NCBI GenBank assembly: GCA_964291215.2
Contig: OZ219790.1
Span: forward strand, 704,001 to 768,000
Origin: Alphaproteobacteria bacterium
GTDB taxonomy: Bacteria; Pseudomonadota; Alphaproteobacteria; MPNO01; UBA830
DNA length: 64,000 bases
Reading direction: 5' to 3'
Within the stretch, counting starts at the first letter, position 1; each line of letters starts with the position of its first letter. The notes below the pieces were generated by a model. It searched no databases and was not told the origin of the DNA. It saw nothing but the letters and a program-made list of their open reading frames with translations. The position numbers were made by a program, and so were the translations under genes. Positions 33,948-44,423 of the stretch are shown piece by piece.

Positions 33948-34853
33948 ATGAGCGCCGCAAGAATACCGTTTCGCAAGACCATGGAGTTCGAATACGGAAA
34001 ACCCGCCAAGGTCGCGCACGGCGTTCGCCGGATCGTGGCCGAGAACCCGAGTGCCTTCACGCATTACGGAACCAACACCTACATCGTGGGCAGCGGCGAG
34101 GTCGGAGTCATCGATCCGGGCCCAGCCATGGCGGAGCATGTCGACAACCTGCTGGCGGCACTCGCCGGAGAGACGGTCCTCCACATCATCGTGACCCACA
34201 CCCACACAGACCATTCGCCGGCCGCCGCCTGGCTGCAGCAAGCGACCGGCGCACAGATCGTCGGCGCCTGCCCGCGGCCGCTCGACGGCGGCGAGACTGT
34301 CGAGGCGGCGCAGGAGGACTTCGAGCCCGATGTCGTTCTCTCCGACTGCGACGCGGTGGCGGGACCGGAGTGGACCCTGGGCGCCGTGCACACGCCCGGC
34401 CACATGTCCAATCATTTCTGCTTCTCGATGCTCGAGAACGGAGCCCTGTTTTCGGGCGACCACGTAATGGGATGGAACACGACGATCGTCTCTCCGCCCG
34501 ATGGCAACATGGGCGAGTATCTCGCAAGCCTCCGCCTGTGCCTCGAGCGCGAGGACAGGTTCTACCTGCCCGGGCACGGGCCCGAGATCCGCAGGCCGCA
34601 GCCCTTCGTCCGTGCCTATCTCGGCCACCGGCTGATGCGCGAGACCGAGATCCTGAATTGCCTCGAACGCGGGCGGACTACGATCCTGGAAATGGTTTCC
34701 GACATGTACCGCCACCTGCCGACGGCCATGCATGGCGCCGCGGCGCGGTCGGTTCTCGCGCACATCGAGCATATGGTCGAGGAGGGGCGCGTCGACTGCG
34801 ACGGACCGGTCGCGCCGGAGGCGCGTTTCGGGTTGCCGGAAGCCGGGAACTAA
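33948..34853 (+). CDS. MBL-fold metallo-hydrolase
   Basis: THTHTDH, HTPGH, FSGDH, PGHG. Confidence 0.9.
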   Translation: MSAARIPFRKTMEFEYGKPAKVAHGVRRIVAENPSAFTHYGTNTYIVGSGEVGVIDPGPAMAEHVDNLLAALAGETVLHIIVTHTHTDHSPAAAWLQQATGAQIVGACPRPLDGGETVEAAQEDFEPDVVLSDCDAVAGPEWTLGAVHTPGHMSNHFCFSMLENGALFSGDHVMGWNTTIVSPPDGNMGEYLASLRLCLEREDRFYLPGHGPEIRRPQPFVRAYLGHRLMRETEILNCLERGRTTILEMVSDMYRHLPTAMHGAAARSVLAHIEHMVEEGRVDCDGPVAPEARFGLPEAGN

Positions 34854-34912
34854 AGGTGCTGCCAGTAACCGCGGCCAGCGGGATGACGGCCGTGCAGGCC
34901 GGGTTCAGCGTT

Positions 34913-35464
34913 TCAGGGACGGATTTCGACAGGGGTGCCGTTATCCACCATCAACCAGATCTCGTCGATTTCGCGGTTGGTGACCCCGATGCAGCCCTGG
35001 GTCCAGTCGAGCGACGGATGATTGAGTTGCTTCGCCGTCCAGTCCTGCGGCAATCCATGAATCATGATGCCGCCGCCGGGATCGAAACCGCGCGCTGCCG
35101 CGTGCGCCCGGTCCCGGGCGTTCGGGTAGGAGATCCTGAGCGCGCGGTGAAACAGGGAGCGATCCCTATCCAGCCGCCCGGCAACGCGGTAGATGCCTTC
35201 GGGAGTGCGCGCATCCCCCTTGCGGGTCTTGTGGCCGACAGGATAACGGCCGAGCGCCACCCGGTATTGCCGAAGCACACGATCTCCGCGCAACAGCAGC
35301 ATCTGGCGCTGGTTCTTGTTGACGACCACGCGATCAGCCTTCGGAGCACCCGCGGCCGAGCCCGCCACGGCGGGCCGCGGAACACTCGCCGACATCGCCA
35401 GGATTAAGGCCGCAGCCAGTATCAGAACCCATCCGCGCACGGCGGCCCTCCGACTTCCGTCCAT
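34913..35464 (-). CDS. L,D-transpeptidase family protein (YkuD)
   Basis: [24 protein letters not shown]; N-terminal signal-like segment. Confidence 0.88.
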   Translation of the reverse strand: MDGSRRAAVRGWVLILAAALILAMSASVPRPAVAGSAAGAPKADRVVVNKNQRQMLLLRGDRVLRQYRVALGRYPVGHKTRKGDARTPEGIYRVAGRLDRDRSLFHRALRISYPNARDRAHAAARGFDPGGGIMIHGLPQDWTAKQLNHPSLDWTQGCIGVTNREIDEIWLMVDNGTPVEIRP

Positions 35465-35656
35465 GATCTCCGAATCAGCAACGACAACGATAGTGGCAAA
35501 GGCCTCCGGGACGCGCAAGTGATCGCGATTCGCGACGCGAAGGCATTCCTGCCCGCCACGGACCGCGCGCGGCCGCACGACATACCTCCGGCGCGGCGAT
35601 GTTGCCAGCCGGCGCGCTATCCGCTATATCACCGTCGCGCGTTCAGGAGAGATGCC

Positions 35657-35881
35657 ATGAAACCCGACATTCACCCGGATTATCACGAGATCACCGTCAT
35701 CATGACCGACGGGACGACCTACGCCACCCGATCGACCTGGGGCGAGCCCGGCGACACGCTGAAGCTCGACATCGATCCCAAGTCCCATCCCGCATGGACC
35801 GGGGGCGCCCAGCACCTCGTTGATTCGGAAGGCCAGGTGGCCAAGTTCAACAAGCGCTTTTCGGAACTCGGACTCGGCTGA
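35657..35881 (+). CDS. rpmE: 50S ribosomal protein L31
   Basis: [23 protein letters not shown]; GGAGA RBS. Confidence 0.97.
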   Translation: MKPDIHPDYHEITVIMTDGTTYATRSTWGEPGDTLKLDIDPKSHPAWTGGAQHLVDSEGQVAKFNKRFSELGLG

Positions 35882-35925
35882 CCGGCCGCACCGGACAGCG
35901 CCGGATTCCGGTTCGCGTTGCCGCG

Positions 35926-36105
35926 TCACGGAGAGGTTGTTCCGAACAGTTGATCCACCTTGGCAAGATGGACCTTTTTCCTGTCGATTTCCGCGCGCAC
36001 CCGCGTGATCTCCTCTTCCATCTCCAGGATGTAGTCTTCGAGTTCGTCGATCGACATCGGGTCCAGATTACGTTTGGGCGCATTCAGCGGGAGATCGTCG
36101 TCCAT
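35926..36105 (-). CDS. DUF1192 family protein
   Basis: LDPMSIDELEDYI.EMEEEITR..; small coiled-coil protein. Confidence 0.75.
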   Translation of the reverse strand: MDDDLPLNAPKRNLDPMSIDELEDYILEMEEEITRVRAEIDRKKVHLAKVDQLFGTTSP

Positions 36106-36193
36106 CGTCCGTTCCAACATCGACTGCAGCGGTCGGCCAGTTTGCCGTGGATCCGGCGGGCCCGCAACCGCCGCCGCACCGCCTGAGCCGCCC

Positions 36194-37207
36194 ATGCCTG
36201 AACCCCTGCCCGAACAGATGACAGCGATCGAGATCGCCGAACCCGGCGGTCCGGATGTCCTCCGCCCCGTCTACCGGCCGCGGCCCCGGCCAGGGGACGG
36301 CGAACTCCTCGTCAGAGTAGCCGCGGCCGGCGTCAATTTTCCGGATGTCATGCAGCGCCGGGGCAGCTATCCGCCGCCGCCGGGGGTGACCGACATTCCG
36401 GGGCTCGAGCTTGCCGGAACCGTGGTCGACATCGGCGCTGGCACGGGCCGGTTCGTTCCGGGCGACGAAATCTGCGCGCTGGTCGCGGGCGGTGCCTATG
36501 CCGAATATTGCGTCGTGCCCGAGCCACAGGCCCTGCCGCTGCCCGAAGGTTTCGACCTTCTGCGGGCGGCCGCGCTTCCCGAGACCTTCTTCACCGTATG
36601 GACCAACCTGTTCGACAGCGGACGGCTTGCCGAGGGCGAGACCGTCCTGATCCATGGCGGATCCGGCGGCATCGGTTCCGTTGCCATCCAGATGGCAAAG
36701 TCGTTCGGCGCGACAGTGTTTTCCACCGCCAGGACCGCCGAGAAGTGCCGGACCTGCGAGGCGCTCGGCGCCGACCGCGCCATCAACTACATGGAAGAGG
36801 ACTTCGTCGAGGTCGTCAAAGACGCTACCGGCGGCCGCGGCTGCGACCTCGTCCTCGACATGGTTGGCGGCGCGTATTTCGCCCGCAACCTGGACATGCT
36901 CGACACCGACGGCCGCCTCGTGCAGATCGCGGTCCAGAAAGGCGCCAAGGTCGAGCTCTTCTTGCCCCGAATCATGACCGGGCGCCTGACCGTCACGGGT
37001 TCCGTGTTGCGGCCCCGAAGCGTGGCGGAAAAGGGCGCGATCGCGAAGGCCCTGCTCGACCGGGTCTGGCCCCTGCTCGGTTCCGCGGCGATCAGGCCCG
37101 TGATCCACGAGACCTTCCCGCTATCCGAGGCCGCCGCTGCGCATCGCGTCATGGAAGCCAGCGCTCATGTCGGCAAGCTCATGCTGAGCCTCGACAGCCA
37201 TTCCTGA
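36194..37207 (+). CDS. NAD(P)H-quinone oxidoreductase (PIG3/zeta-crystallin type)
   Basis: GVNFPD.MQRRG.YPPP, LPETFFTVW, IHGGSGGIG. Confidence 0.9.
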   Translation: MPEPLPEQMTAIEIAEPGGPDVLRPVYRPRPRPGDGELLVRVAAAGVNFPDVMQRRGSYPPPPGVTDIPGLELAGTVVDIGAGTGRFVPGDEICALVAGGAYAEYCVVPEPQALPLPEGFDLLRAAALPETFFTVWTNLFDSGRLAEGETVLIHGGSGGIGSVAIQMAKSFGATVFSTARTAEKCRTCEALGADRAINYMEEDFVEVVKDATGGRGCDLVLDMVGGAYFARNLDMLDTDGRLVQIAVQKGAKVELFLPRIMTGRLTVTGSVLRPRSVAEKGAIAKALLDRVWPLLGSAAIRPVIHETFPLSEAAAAHRVMEASAHVGKLMLSLDSHS

Positions 37208-37276
37208 CCGGGCCCCTGCACTTCCGGTCTCCAGACGAACCCTCGTCCGCATGTTTCATGGAAAGGACATACGCAC

Positions 37277-37876
37277 ATGACCCCCCAGCCAAGCCAACAG
37301 TCACGACCGCTGATGCCGAGGGCGACAGCGGCGTGGCTAATCGAAAACACGAAACTCACCTTCCGCCAGATCGGGGCGTTCTGCGACCTTCACGAGCTTG
37401 AGGTGCAGAGCATCGCGGACGACGAGGTGTCGCCGGGCATCGTGGGCTACGATCCCATCGCCAACGGGCAACTCACACGCGAGGAAATCTCGCGCTGCGA
37501 GGCCGAACCGGAAACGTGGCTGGAAATGGCGGAAACCGACGTCCCCAAGCCGATCGCCCGGGCCAGGGGGCCGCGCTACACGCCAATCGCGCGACGCGGC
37601 GACAAGCCCGACGCCATCGCCTGGATCGTGAAGAACTATCCCGACATGAGCGACGGTCAGATATCGCGCCTGATCGGCACCACCAAGTCAACCATCACCG
37701 CAATCCGCGAAAGAACGCACTGGAACATCCCCAACCTGAATGCCCGCGATCCGGTCGGTCTCGGGCTGTGCAGCCGGAATGACCTCGACCAGGCGCTTCT
37801 GAAGGCGGGCTACACGTCGACCGGCATCGAGAGCGCGCCGGCCGAACCGGCCGCGGAACCGTCGCCGGACTCGTAG
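37277..37876 (+). CDS. trcR: DUF1013 / TrcR cell-cycle transcriptional regulator
   Basis: PLMPRATAAWLIENT.LTF.QI, RYTP..RRGDKPDAI, IGTTK.TI..IRERTHWN. Confidence 0.85.
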   Translation: MTPQPSQQSRPLMPRATAAWLIENTKLTFRQIGAFCDLHELEVQSIADDEVSPGIVGYDPIANGQLTREEISRCEAEPETWLEMAETDVPKPIARARGPRYTPIARRGDKPDAIAWIVKNYPDMSDGQISRLIGTTKSTITAIRERTHWNIPNLNARDPVGLGLCSRNDLDQALLKAGYTSTGIESAPAEPAAEPSPDS

Positions 37877-37877
37877 C

Positions 37878-38045
37878 TCAGCCCTGCTCGAGACGGGCGA
37901 TCTGGTCCTTGGCCTGGAGTTTCTGCTTCTTGAGATCGATAAGCGTCGTCTGATCGGGAAACGGTCGGTTGGCTTCGGCTTCCAGTGCCTTTTCGAGTTC
38001 CGCATGCCGCGCTTTCAGTTCTTCGATCTGTCGACTCTCGTTCAT
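37878..38045 (-). CDS. DUF465/YdcH family small protein (55 aa, not in the ORF track)
   Basis: MNESRQIEELKARHAELEKALEAEANRPFPD..LKKQKLQAKDQI; GGAG RBS upstream. Confidence 0.8.
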   Translation of the reverse strand: MNESRQIEELKARHAELEKALEAEANRPFPDQTTLIDLKKQKLQAKDQIARLEQG

Positions 38046-38165
38046 GCCGATCTCCTCCGTGACCAGATTGGCGTCATGTGCACACTATATGGCACCGGTA
38101 AAGCCGCGTTACAACATGCGCGAACCGCAATGGCGAGTTTTCCGTTGCGGAAAAGTTCACTGTGG

Positions 38166-38723
38166 TCACAGCCGGGCGCAGAGTTCGACAATCCGGCCCG
38201 ATGACAGGTCGGGAAATGCCACGCCGAGCATGACCGCCAGACCGGACCGGTCCGCCTCCGAAAGCGTCCGTCCGAGCCCACCGAAATAGCGCGCGACATT
38301 GGCCCCGGCATCCGCCGCGCGATCGTCGCCGGACCGGGAGCCGTCCGCAGCCCGGTCGACACAAGCCGCCAGCATGAGCTGTTCCGTGTGCTCGCAGTCG
38401 ATCTCGATCTTCTGCACCCGCTGGCGCAGCGACTCGGCAAGCGCATCCGGGGCCGGCGGCATGCCGCCTTTCATGCGGGTGCGCACGGCACGGAGCGCGC
38501 ATACGACATCGTCATGCCAAGCCCGTACCGCGGACATGAGCTCCTCGATTTCCGCCTTGGCGAGGGAACCGCGCCCCGACGCGCCCAGCCAGATGCAGAA
38601 GAGGAGCAGGTTCACGTCGATCCCGTACCGTTCCTGGAGTTCCAGACAGGCTTCGCCCACACCGGAGGCCATGTAGACCTTGAGTGAAAAATCCCAGAAC
38701 GGATGGTCAGGGAAATCGGTCAT
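38166..38723 (-). CDS. TIGR02444 family protein
   Basis: FWDFSL.VY..GV..ACL.LQ...G.DVNLLL, E..EQ.ML. Confidence 0.82.
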   Translation of the reverse strand: MTDFPDHPFWDFSLKVYMASGVGEACLELQERYGIDVNLLLFCIWLGASGRGSLAKAEIEELMSAVRAWHDDVVCALRAVRTRMKGGMPPAPDALAESLRQRVQKIEIDCEHTEQLMLAACVDRAADGSRSGDDRAADAGANVARYFGGLGRTLSEADRSGLAVMLGVAFPDLSSGRIVELCARL

Positions 38724-38763
38724 CCCCGGCGCCCGTCCGACCGCAACAGGTTCCCTCGCCGTG

Positions 38764-39864
38764 TCATGGAGCGCTCCCGGAGTCTCCCAGATAGATGCCC
38801 AGGCCGCGCGCGGTCACCGCCAGCGCGCCATAGGGGTCGACGAGCGGATGGGCCTTCAGCGCCTCCTCGATCGGAACGTCTATGCACTGGCGATTCGACC
38901 ATGCCACCATCCGGTCGAACCGGCCGGCGGCGACGAGATCGACCGCATGGACCCCGAATGTCAGACCGAACAGCCGATCCCTCGGTGACGGCGCTCCGCC
39001 GCGCTGGACATGGCCGAGCACGGTCACGCGGACGTTGATGCCGGTCCGCTCCTCGATGAGCTCGCAGATCCGGTGCCCGACGCCACCATAGCGCGAGGAG
39101 CCGTCGGCCCGGGGCTCGGCGACCTCCCCGCCACCCGGCAGCTGCGCCGCCTCGGCGACCACGACAAGGGCGAAATTGCGGCCAGCGTTCCGGACATCAT
39201 GTATCTTCCCCACGAGGCCGTCGACGGTCCAGGGAATCTCGGGGATCAGTATGGCGTCCGCTCCGCCAGAAATACCGGCTGCCAGCGCGATGTGCCCGGC
39301 GCCACGGCCCATGACCTCCAGCACCATGATGCGGTCGTGGCTTGCCGCCGTCGGCTGCAGGCGGTCGAGCGCCTCCGTCGCGACATCCACGGCGGTGACG
39401 TAGCCGACGGAATTCTCGGTCACCCCGACATCATTGTCGATCGTCTTGGGCACGGTTACCATCTTCCAGCCGCCCTGAATCGCCAGTCGGCGCAAGATGG
39501 CGAGGCTGCCGTCGCCACCGATTCCGATAAGCGCGTCGAGGCCGAGCTCGCGATAACCGGCAATAAATTCCTCGGACCTGTCCACCACCGAACCGTCAGG
39601 CATCGGAAAGGCGAACGGATCGCCCTGGTTGACCGATCCCAGTATCGTTCCGCCGGTACGGAAGACCTCGCCGCTGAACCTGTCGATGGTGAGTTCTTCG
39701 CAGTCCACGGGCCGCGCCAGAAGGCCGTGGGTTCCCTGACGGATGCCCAGGACCTGCCATCCGTAGCCTCCGACCGCACGATGGACGATACCGCGGATGA
39801 CGGCATTCAGCCCCGCGCAGTCGCCGCCGCTGGTCAGCACCCCTATACGTCTTGTTTTTGCCAT
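38764..39864 (-). CDS. pfkA: 6-phosphofructokinase (PfkA family)
   Basis: LTSGGDCAGLN, GGTILG, IGGDGS, PKTIDND, EVMGR, LGHVQRGG. Confidence 0.92.
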   Translation of the reverse strand: MAKTRRIGVLTSGGDCAGLNAVIRGIVHRAVGGYGWQVLGIRQGTHGLLARPVDCEELTIDRFSGEVFRTGGTILGSVNQGDPFAFPMPDGSVVDRSEEFIAGYRELGLDALIGIGGDGSLAILRRLAIQGGWKMVTVPKTIDNDVGVTENSVGYVTAVDVATEALDRLQPTAASHDRIMVLEVMGRGAGHIALAAGISGGADAILIPEIPWTVDGLVGKIHDVRNAGRNFALVVVAEAAQLPGGGEVAEPRADGSSRYGGVGHRICELIEERTGINVRVTVLGHVQRGGAPSPRDRLFGLTFGVHAVDLVAAGRFDRMVAWSNRQCIDVPIEEALKAHPLVDPYGALAVTARGLGIYLGDSGSAP

Positions 39865-39967
39865 TACCGATCCGTTCCGGACCTCAAGTCGCTGCCTCGC
39901 ACGATAACAGATCGCTGCAATACCTGCTAGTATGGAACGCCCAGGCAACGGGACCCGACAACAGCAC

Positions 39968-40168
39968 ATGAGTGACGACGAAGGCCTTCGGCGCCGGTTG
40001 CAGGAACTCCGGCAGGAGCATCGCGATCTCGACGACGTGATCGCGCGCCTTACCGAACATGCGCCCTACGACCAGCTCCAGCTCCAGCGGCTGAAGAAGC
40101 GCAAGCTCATCCTCAAGGACCAGATATCACGCATCCAGGACCAGCTGTATCCGGACATCATCGCCTGA
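39968..40168 (+). CDS. DUF465 family protein
   Basis: EHRDLD..I, QRLKKRKL.LKD.I, PDIIA. Confidence 0.85.
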   Translation: MSDDEGLRRRLQELRQEHRDLDDVIARLTEHAPYDQLQLQRLKKRKLILKDQISRIQDQLYPDIIA

Positions 40169-40297
40169 AGACGCTTTTTCGGGGGCCGCGTCCGCCCGGC
40201 CGGCGGCACGTGCAGACCATCCGACCGCAACGCCGACAACAGGGTCCGCGCCGGCACTGGTGGAAACCCGGCCGGATCGAACCGGGAGAAGACATTC

Positions 40298-40855
40298 ATG
40301 GCCCACCCCACCCCATCAGGCAGAGCGGCACAGCCCGCCACACGGAGACGACGTTCCACCCGTGGCGCGACCCGGCCGCTGGTCGGCGTGATCATGGGCA
40401 GCCGATCCGACTGGCCGACGATGAAGAACGCGGCCGATATCCTGAAGTCGCTCGATGTCGCGGCGGAACACCGCGTGATTTCCGCGCATCGAACGCCGGA
40501 CCGTCTCTACGACTACGCGACCACCGCACGCCAGCGGGGACTAAGAGTGATCATAGCGGGCGCCGGCGGCGCCGCGCACCTGCCCGGCATGGTCGCATCC
40601 ATGACCTCGCTGCCCACGCTCGGAGTACCCGTCGAGAGCGCCGCCCTCAACGGACTCGACAGCCTGCTGTCGATCGTCCAGATGCCGGCCGGAGTGCCTG
40701 TCGGCACACTCGCCATCGGCACCTCGGGTGCGACCAACGCCGGGCTGCTTGCCGCCTCGATCATTGCCACCGGCAACGACGAGCTGGCAACGCGAATCGA
40801 GGCCTGGCGGTCGGCACAGACCGCGTCGGTGCCCGAACGACCTACCGGACGCTGA
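40298..40855 (+). CDS. purE: N5-CAIR mutase
   Basis: [34 protein letters not shown]. Start uncertain. Confidence 0.96.
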   Translation: MAHPTPSGRAAQPATRRRRSTRGATRPLVGVIMGSRSDWPTMKNAADILKSLDVAAEHRVISAHRTPDRLYDYATTARQRGLRVIIAGAGGAAHLPGMVASMTSLPTLGVPVESAALNGLDSLLSIVQMPAGVPVGTLAIGTSGATNAGLLAASIIATGNDELATRIEAWRSAQTASVPERPTGR

Positions 40856-40959
40856 ACGGAAATGCGAACCGCAACCGGAATGACGCTGGCGAAAGCGCGG
40901 GATGCCGATAGCTGCGCGCGCCGGCTCCGGACCATGCGCTACGCAGCGTCCATAGTGGC

Positions 40960-42045
40960 ATGACGCGCGTGCTCGCGCCGGGCGCGACAATCGGGATTCT
41001 CGGCAGCGGACAGCTGGGACGCATGACCGCGATGGCGGCGGCGGAACTGGGCTATCGCTGCCATGTCTTCAGCCCCGAAGAAAGTGCGCCGGCCAAGGAG
41101 GTCGCCACAAGCTGCACGACGGCGCCTTATTCGGACATCGCCGCGGTCCGGGCATTCGCGGGCGCGATCGATGTCGCGACCTTCGAATTCGAGAACGTGC
41201 CGGCCTCGACGCTCTCCGCGATTTTCGAAACCACCCCCGTGCGGCCGGGTGTCAGAGCGCTGCAGATCTCGCAGGAACGGGCGGTCGAGAAGGCCTTCGT
41301 GAACGGTCTTGGCATCGCGACGCCGCGCTGGGCCAAGGTCAGTTCGCCATCCAGCCTGGTGGCGGCCTCGGCCGAGACCGGGTTTCCGGCAATTCTGAAG
41401 ACCGCGCGCTTCGGCTATGACGGCAAGGGCCAGGTCCGCATCGACAGCCCGGCCGAGCTCATCGACGCATGGCGCCGGATCGGCGGACGCGAGGCGATCC
41501 TCGAGAGTCTGGTCGAATTCGAACGCGAGATCTCGGTCATCGCCGCGCGCGGGCTCGACGGCGAGGTCGCGACTTACGCAGCCGTCGACAACGTCCACCG
41601 CAACGGCATCCTTCACACCACTACGGCGCCGTCAGCGGCCACACCGGATGTCGCCGCCGCAGCCGACGGGATCGCCCGCAAGATCGCCGAGGCGCTCGAC
41701 CTCGTCGGTCTCGTAGCGGTCGAGATGTTCGTCGTCCCGGACGGTGGCGTGCTGGTCAACGAGATCGCGCCGCGCCCACACAATTCCGGACACTGGACGA
41801 TCGACGCATGCGCGATCAGCCAGTTCGAGCAGTTCGTCCGCGCCGTGACGGGACTTCCGCTCGCAGACCCGGCCCGGCATTCAGACGCGACGATGACGAA
41901 CCTTGTCGGCAGGGACGTGGACTTCTGGGAGGCGATCGCCGCCGAAAAAGGGGCATGCCTGCATCTCTACGGAAAGGCCGAGACTCGCGCAGGGCGCAAG
42001 ATGGGTCACGTCACGCGCCTGTCGCAGCCTCCTTCCCGCCCGTAA
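40960..42045 (+). CDS. purK: N5-CAIR synthase
   Basis: GQLGRM, EFENVP, GYDGKGQ, NEIAPRPHNSGH, RKMGH. Confidence 0.97.
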   Translation: MTRVLAPGATIGILGSGQLGRMTAMAAAELGYRCHVFSPEESAPAKEVATSCTTAPYSDIAAVRAFAGAIDVATFEFENVPASTLSAIFETTPVRPGVRALQISQERAVEKAFVNGLGIATPRWAKVSSPSSLVAASAETGFPAILKTARFGYDGKGQVRIDSPAELIDAWRRIGGREAILESLVEFEREISVIAARGLDGEVATYAAVDNVHRNGILHTTTAPSAATPDVAAAADGIARKIAEALDLVGLVAVEMFVVPDGGVLVNEIAPRPHNSGHWTIDACAISQFEQFVRAVTGLPLADPARHSDATMTNLVGRDVDFWEAIAAEKGACLHLYGKAETRAGRKMGHVTRLSQPPSRP

Positions 42046-42686
42046 CGCTCACGCACGGTCTCGCGCAGCACGCGGACGGGGCCCGTGACTGCACCGCGCA
42101 ACCGCTCGACGCGGCCGCGGGCGCCGTGCAGGCGCATCACATCCGCAAGGCGACGGTCGAGAAAGCGCCTGCTCCTGATCCGGCCTTCGCTCCCGTCATC
42201 GAGCCAGTAAAGCGTGGTCGAGGCGACCACGCCGGCAAGCAATCCGCGCTTGGTGTAGAACGAGAAATCGGCGGACCTGTCGCCGGCTGCATGCCAGATG
42301 TCATCCACGGTCCGGTACAGGAGCCGGGCCCCGAGGGGGGCGTTTCGCGGAAACGCGAGCAGCGTCATGCCGCGCCGCACCGCCTCGCGATGGGGCGCAA
42401 GCGCATCAAGCCGCGCCGCGACCAGACGCGAAATCCGCTCGTGCATGCGAAGACCGGCGAGTTCGTCAGGCTCAAACGCATCGGTCATGGCGCGATCGGC
42501 CGAGCGCGAAAAATGCGCACACGCCTGCCTTCCTCCGCCGGGAAAGATGACCGACGCCATGCCGGAATCGACATCAAGGTCCCGCGCTCCCGCCTTCAGC
42601 GCCGCCAAGGACCAACCTTCGAAGGGCACATGCGCCAGCGCGGCGATCAGCAGGCGGTCCCGATTCTCCTGCACGGTGCCGCTCAT
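42006..42686 (-). CDS. COQ9 family ubiquinone biosynthesis protein
   Basis: HVPFEGWS, DDIWHAAGDRSADFSFYTKR, FLDRRL. Confidence 0.88.
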   Translation of the reverse strand: MSGTVQENRDRLLIAALAHVPFEGWSLAALKAGARDLDVDSGMASVIFPGGGRQACAHFSRSADRAMTDAFEPDELAGLRMHERISRLVAARLDALAPHREAVRRGMTLLAFPRNAPLGARLLYRTVDDIWHAAGDRSADFSFYTKRGLLAGVVASTTLYWLDDGSEGRIRSRRFLDRRLADVMRLHGARGRVERLRGAVTGPVRVLRETVRERYGREGGCDRRVT

Positions 42687-43267
42687 TGCTCCTGACCGGC
42701 CTGCCCCGCGCCCGAGACGACGCCGCGTTCCGCGACATACTTCATCAGATGCCCGAGTTCCTCGTTGAAGCTCAGGCAGGAGAGGTCGGTCATGCGTGCG
42801 GGAAACAGGATGCCGTCGAGATGGTCGATCTCGTGCTGTACCACCCGCGCGTGGAAGTTCGTCGCCTCGCGCTCGACCGGACGCCCGTCCGGCGCATGGC
42901 CGCGATAGATGATCCGCGCATGGCGCGGGACGATTCCCGTGATGCCGGGAATCGACAGGCAGCCCTCGAGGCCCATCGCGATATCGTCCCCGACCGGCTC
43001 GAATTCGGGATTGATCAGGGTCGTCAGCGGCGCAAAATCGGTCTCCGGGGCGTCCTCCACCGCACGCTCTTCGGGCGCGGTGAAGATGATGACGCGGCGA
43101 CTCTCGTACACTTGCGGGGCCGCAAGGCCGACGCCTGCCGCATCCTCCATGGTCTCGATCATGTTGCCGACGAGGGCGCCGATCTCCGCGGAGGCCGGAT
43201 CGGCAACCGGCGAGGCGGTCCGTAGCAGCACCGGATGGCCCATTCGGGCGATCTTGAGAAGAGTCAT
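42683..43267 (-). CDS. def: Peptide deformylase
   Basis: GVGLAAPQV, EGCLSIP, QHEIDHLDG. Confidence 0.97.
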   Translation of the reverse strand: MTLLKIARMGHPVLLRTASPVADPASAEIGALVGNMIETMEDAAGVGLAAPQVYESRRVIIFTAPEERAVEDAPETDFAPLTTLINPEFEPVGDDIAMGLEGCLSIPGITGIVPRHARIIYRGHAPDGRPVEREATNFHARVVQHEIDHLDGILFPARMTDLSCLSFNEELGHLMKYVAERGVVSGAGQAGQEQ

Positions 43268-43442
43268 GGTCGGGTCTCTCGACAGCTGTCCCGCCACGGG
43301 GCACTGCAATCCGGAAATAGTTCATCCGCGGCCGGAAGACAAGCCGTTTGCACCGCGGCGCGAATGCTGATAAGAGAGTTGCCCGGATTTGCGGCAACCG
43401 GCCGCGAAACCTTGAATGGACCAGCCAGGAGATGACCTGCAG

Positions 43443-43646
43443 GTGCAAGTAACCGTACGAGACAACGATGTCGACCAGGCTCTGCGCGCACTCAAGAAGA
43501 AGATGCAGCGCGAGGGGATTTTCCGCGAGATGAAGATGCGCCGTTCCTACGAGAAACCCTCGGAGCGCCGCGCCCGTGAGAAATCTGAAGCAATCCGCCG
43601 CGCCCGCAAGCTCGAACGCAAACGGGCCGAACGCGAGGGCCGCTAG
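43443..43646 (+). CDS. rpsU: 30S ribosomal protein S21
   Basis: [27 protein letters not shown]. Non-ATG start. Confidence 0.96.
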   Translation: MQVTVRDNDVDQALRALKKKMQREGIFREMKMRRSYEKPSERRAREKSEAIRRARKLERKRAEREGR

Positions 43647-43758
43647 GGCCACCCGTCAAGGGGCGGCGCCCGGAGCGAGGCGCAGGCATGACCGTCCGGC
43701 GAACACACCCGGCCGGGGCCGAACGGCCGTCGCGCGAAGCCGGACGGCAGGAATCCAG

Positions 43759-44386
43759 ATGGCCAGCATCGCACCGGGTCATGCAATCGACCTGCTCCTC
43801 GCCATTGACGTGCAGAACGACTTCTGCCCCGGGGACGCGCTCGCCGTGCCGGGAGGAGATGAGATCGTACCGGCGATTAACGCGCTGGCGCGGGATTTCG
43901 CCCATGTCGTGCTGACCCAGGACTGGCATCCGGTCGGCCATCATTCATTCGCAAGGCACCCATGCCGGGCGCGCCCCGCTCGACACCATCGATGTCGCCC
44001 ATGGCGTGCAGGTGCTGTGGCCAGCTGCGTCGAGGAAACCGAGGGCGCCGCCTTTCACCGGACTCTCGAGACCGTTCATGCCGAGTTGATCGTGCGCAAG
44101 GGTATCCGCCGCGAGATCGATTCCTATTCAGCCTTCTTCGAAAACGACCGCAACACGCCGACCGGGCTTGCGGGCTATCTTCACGAACGCGGCTTCAGGC
44201 GGATATTCCTCGCCGGCCCCGCCACTGACTTCTGCGTCGCATGGTCCGCGCCCGGAGACAGGGTTTCGAGGCAGTGGAGGATGCCTGCCGTGCGATCGAC
44301 ATCGACGGATCGCTGGCCGCGGCGACCGCCACATGGAAGGCGCCGGCGTGTCCTTTGTCCGCGCGGCGGACATCGCCATCGCGTGA
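43759..44386 (+). pseudogene. pncA: Nicotinamidase/pyrazinamidase, frameshifted
   Basis: IDVQNDFCPG, TQDWHP, DSYSAFFEND, TDFCV. Frame breaks at about 43955, 44025, 44250, 44275 and 44330. Confidence 0.88.
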
Positions 44387-44423
44387 CCTGCCGCAGCGCG
44401 GCGGGCCATGACGGGAGACAGGC

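Noticed and set aside
42006-43652. Apparent large fusion ORFs (548-aa COQ9, 758-aa glycerate kinase, 547-aa SufD)
   Set aside because: The N-terminal extensions overlap def/rpsU, the DMT gene and sufC in other frames. They are stop-poor read-through, not fusions.
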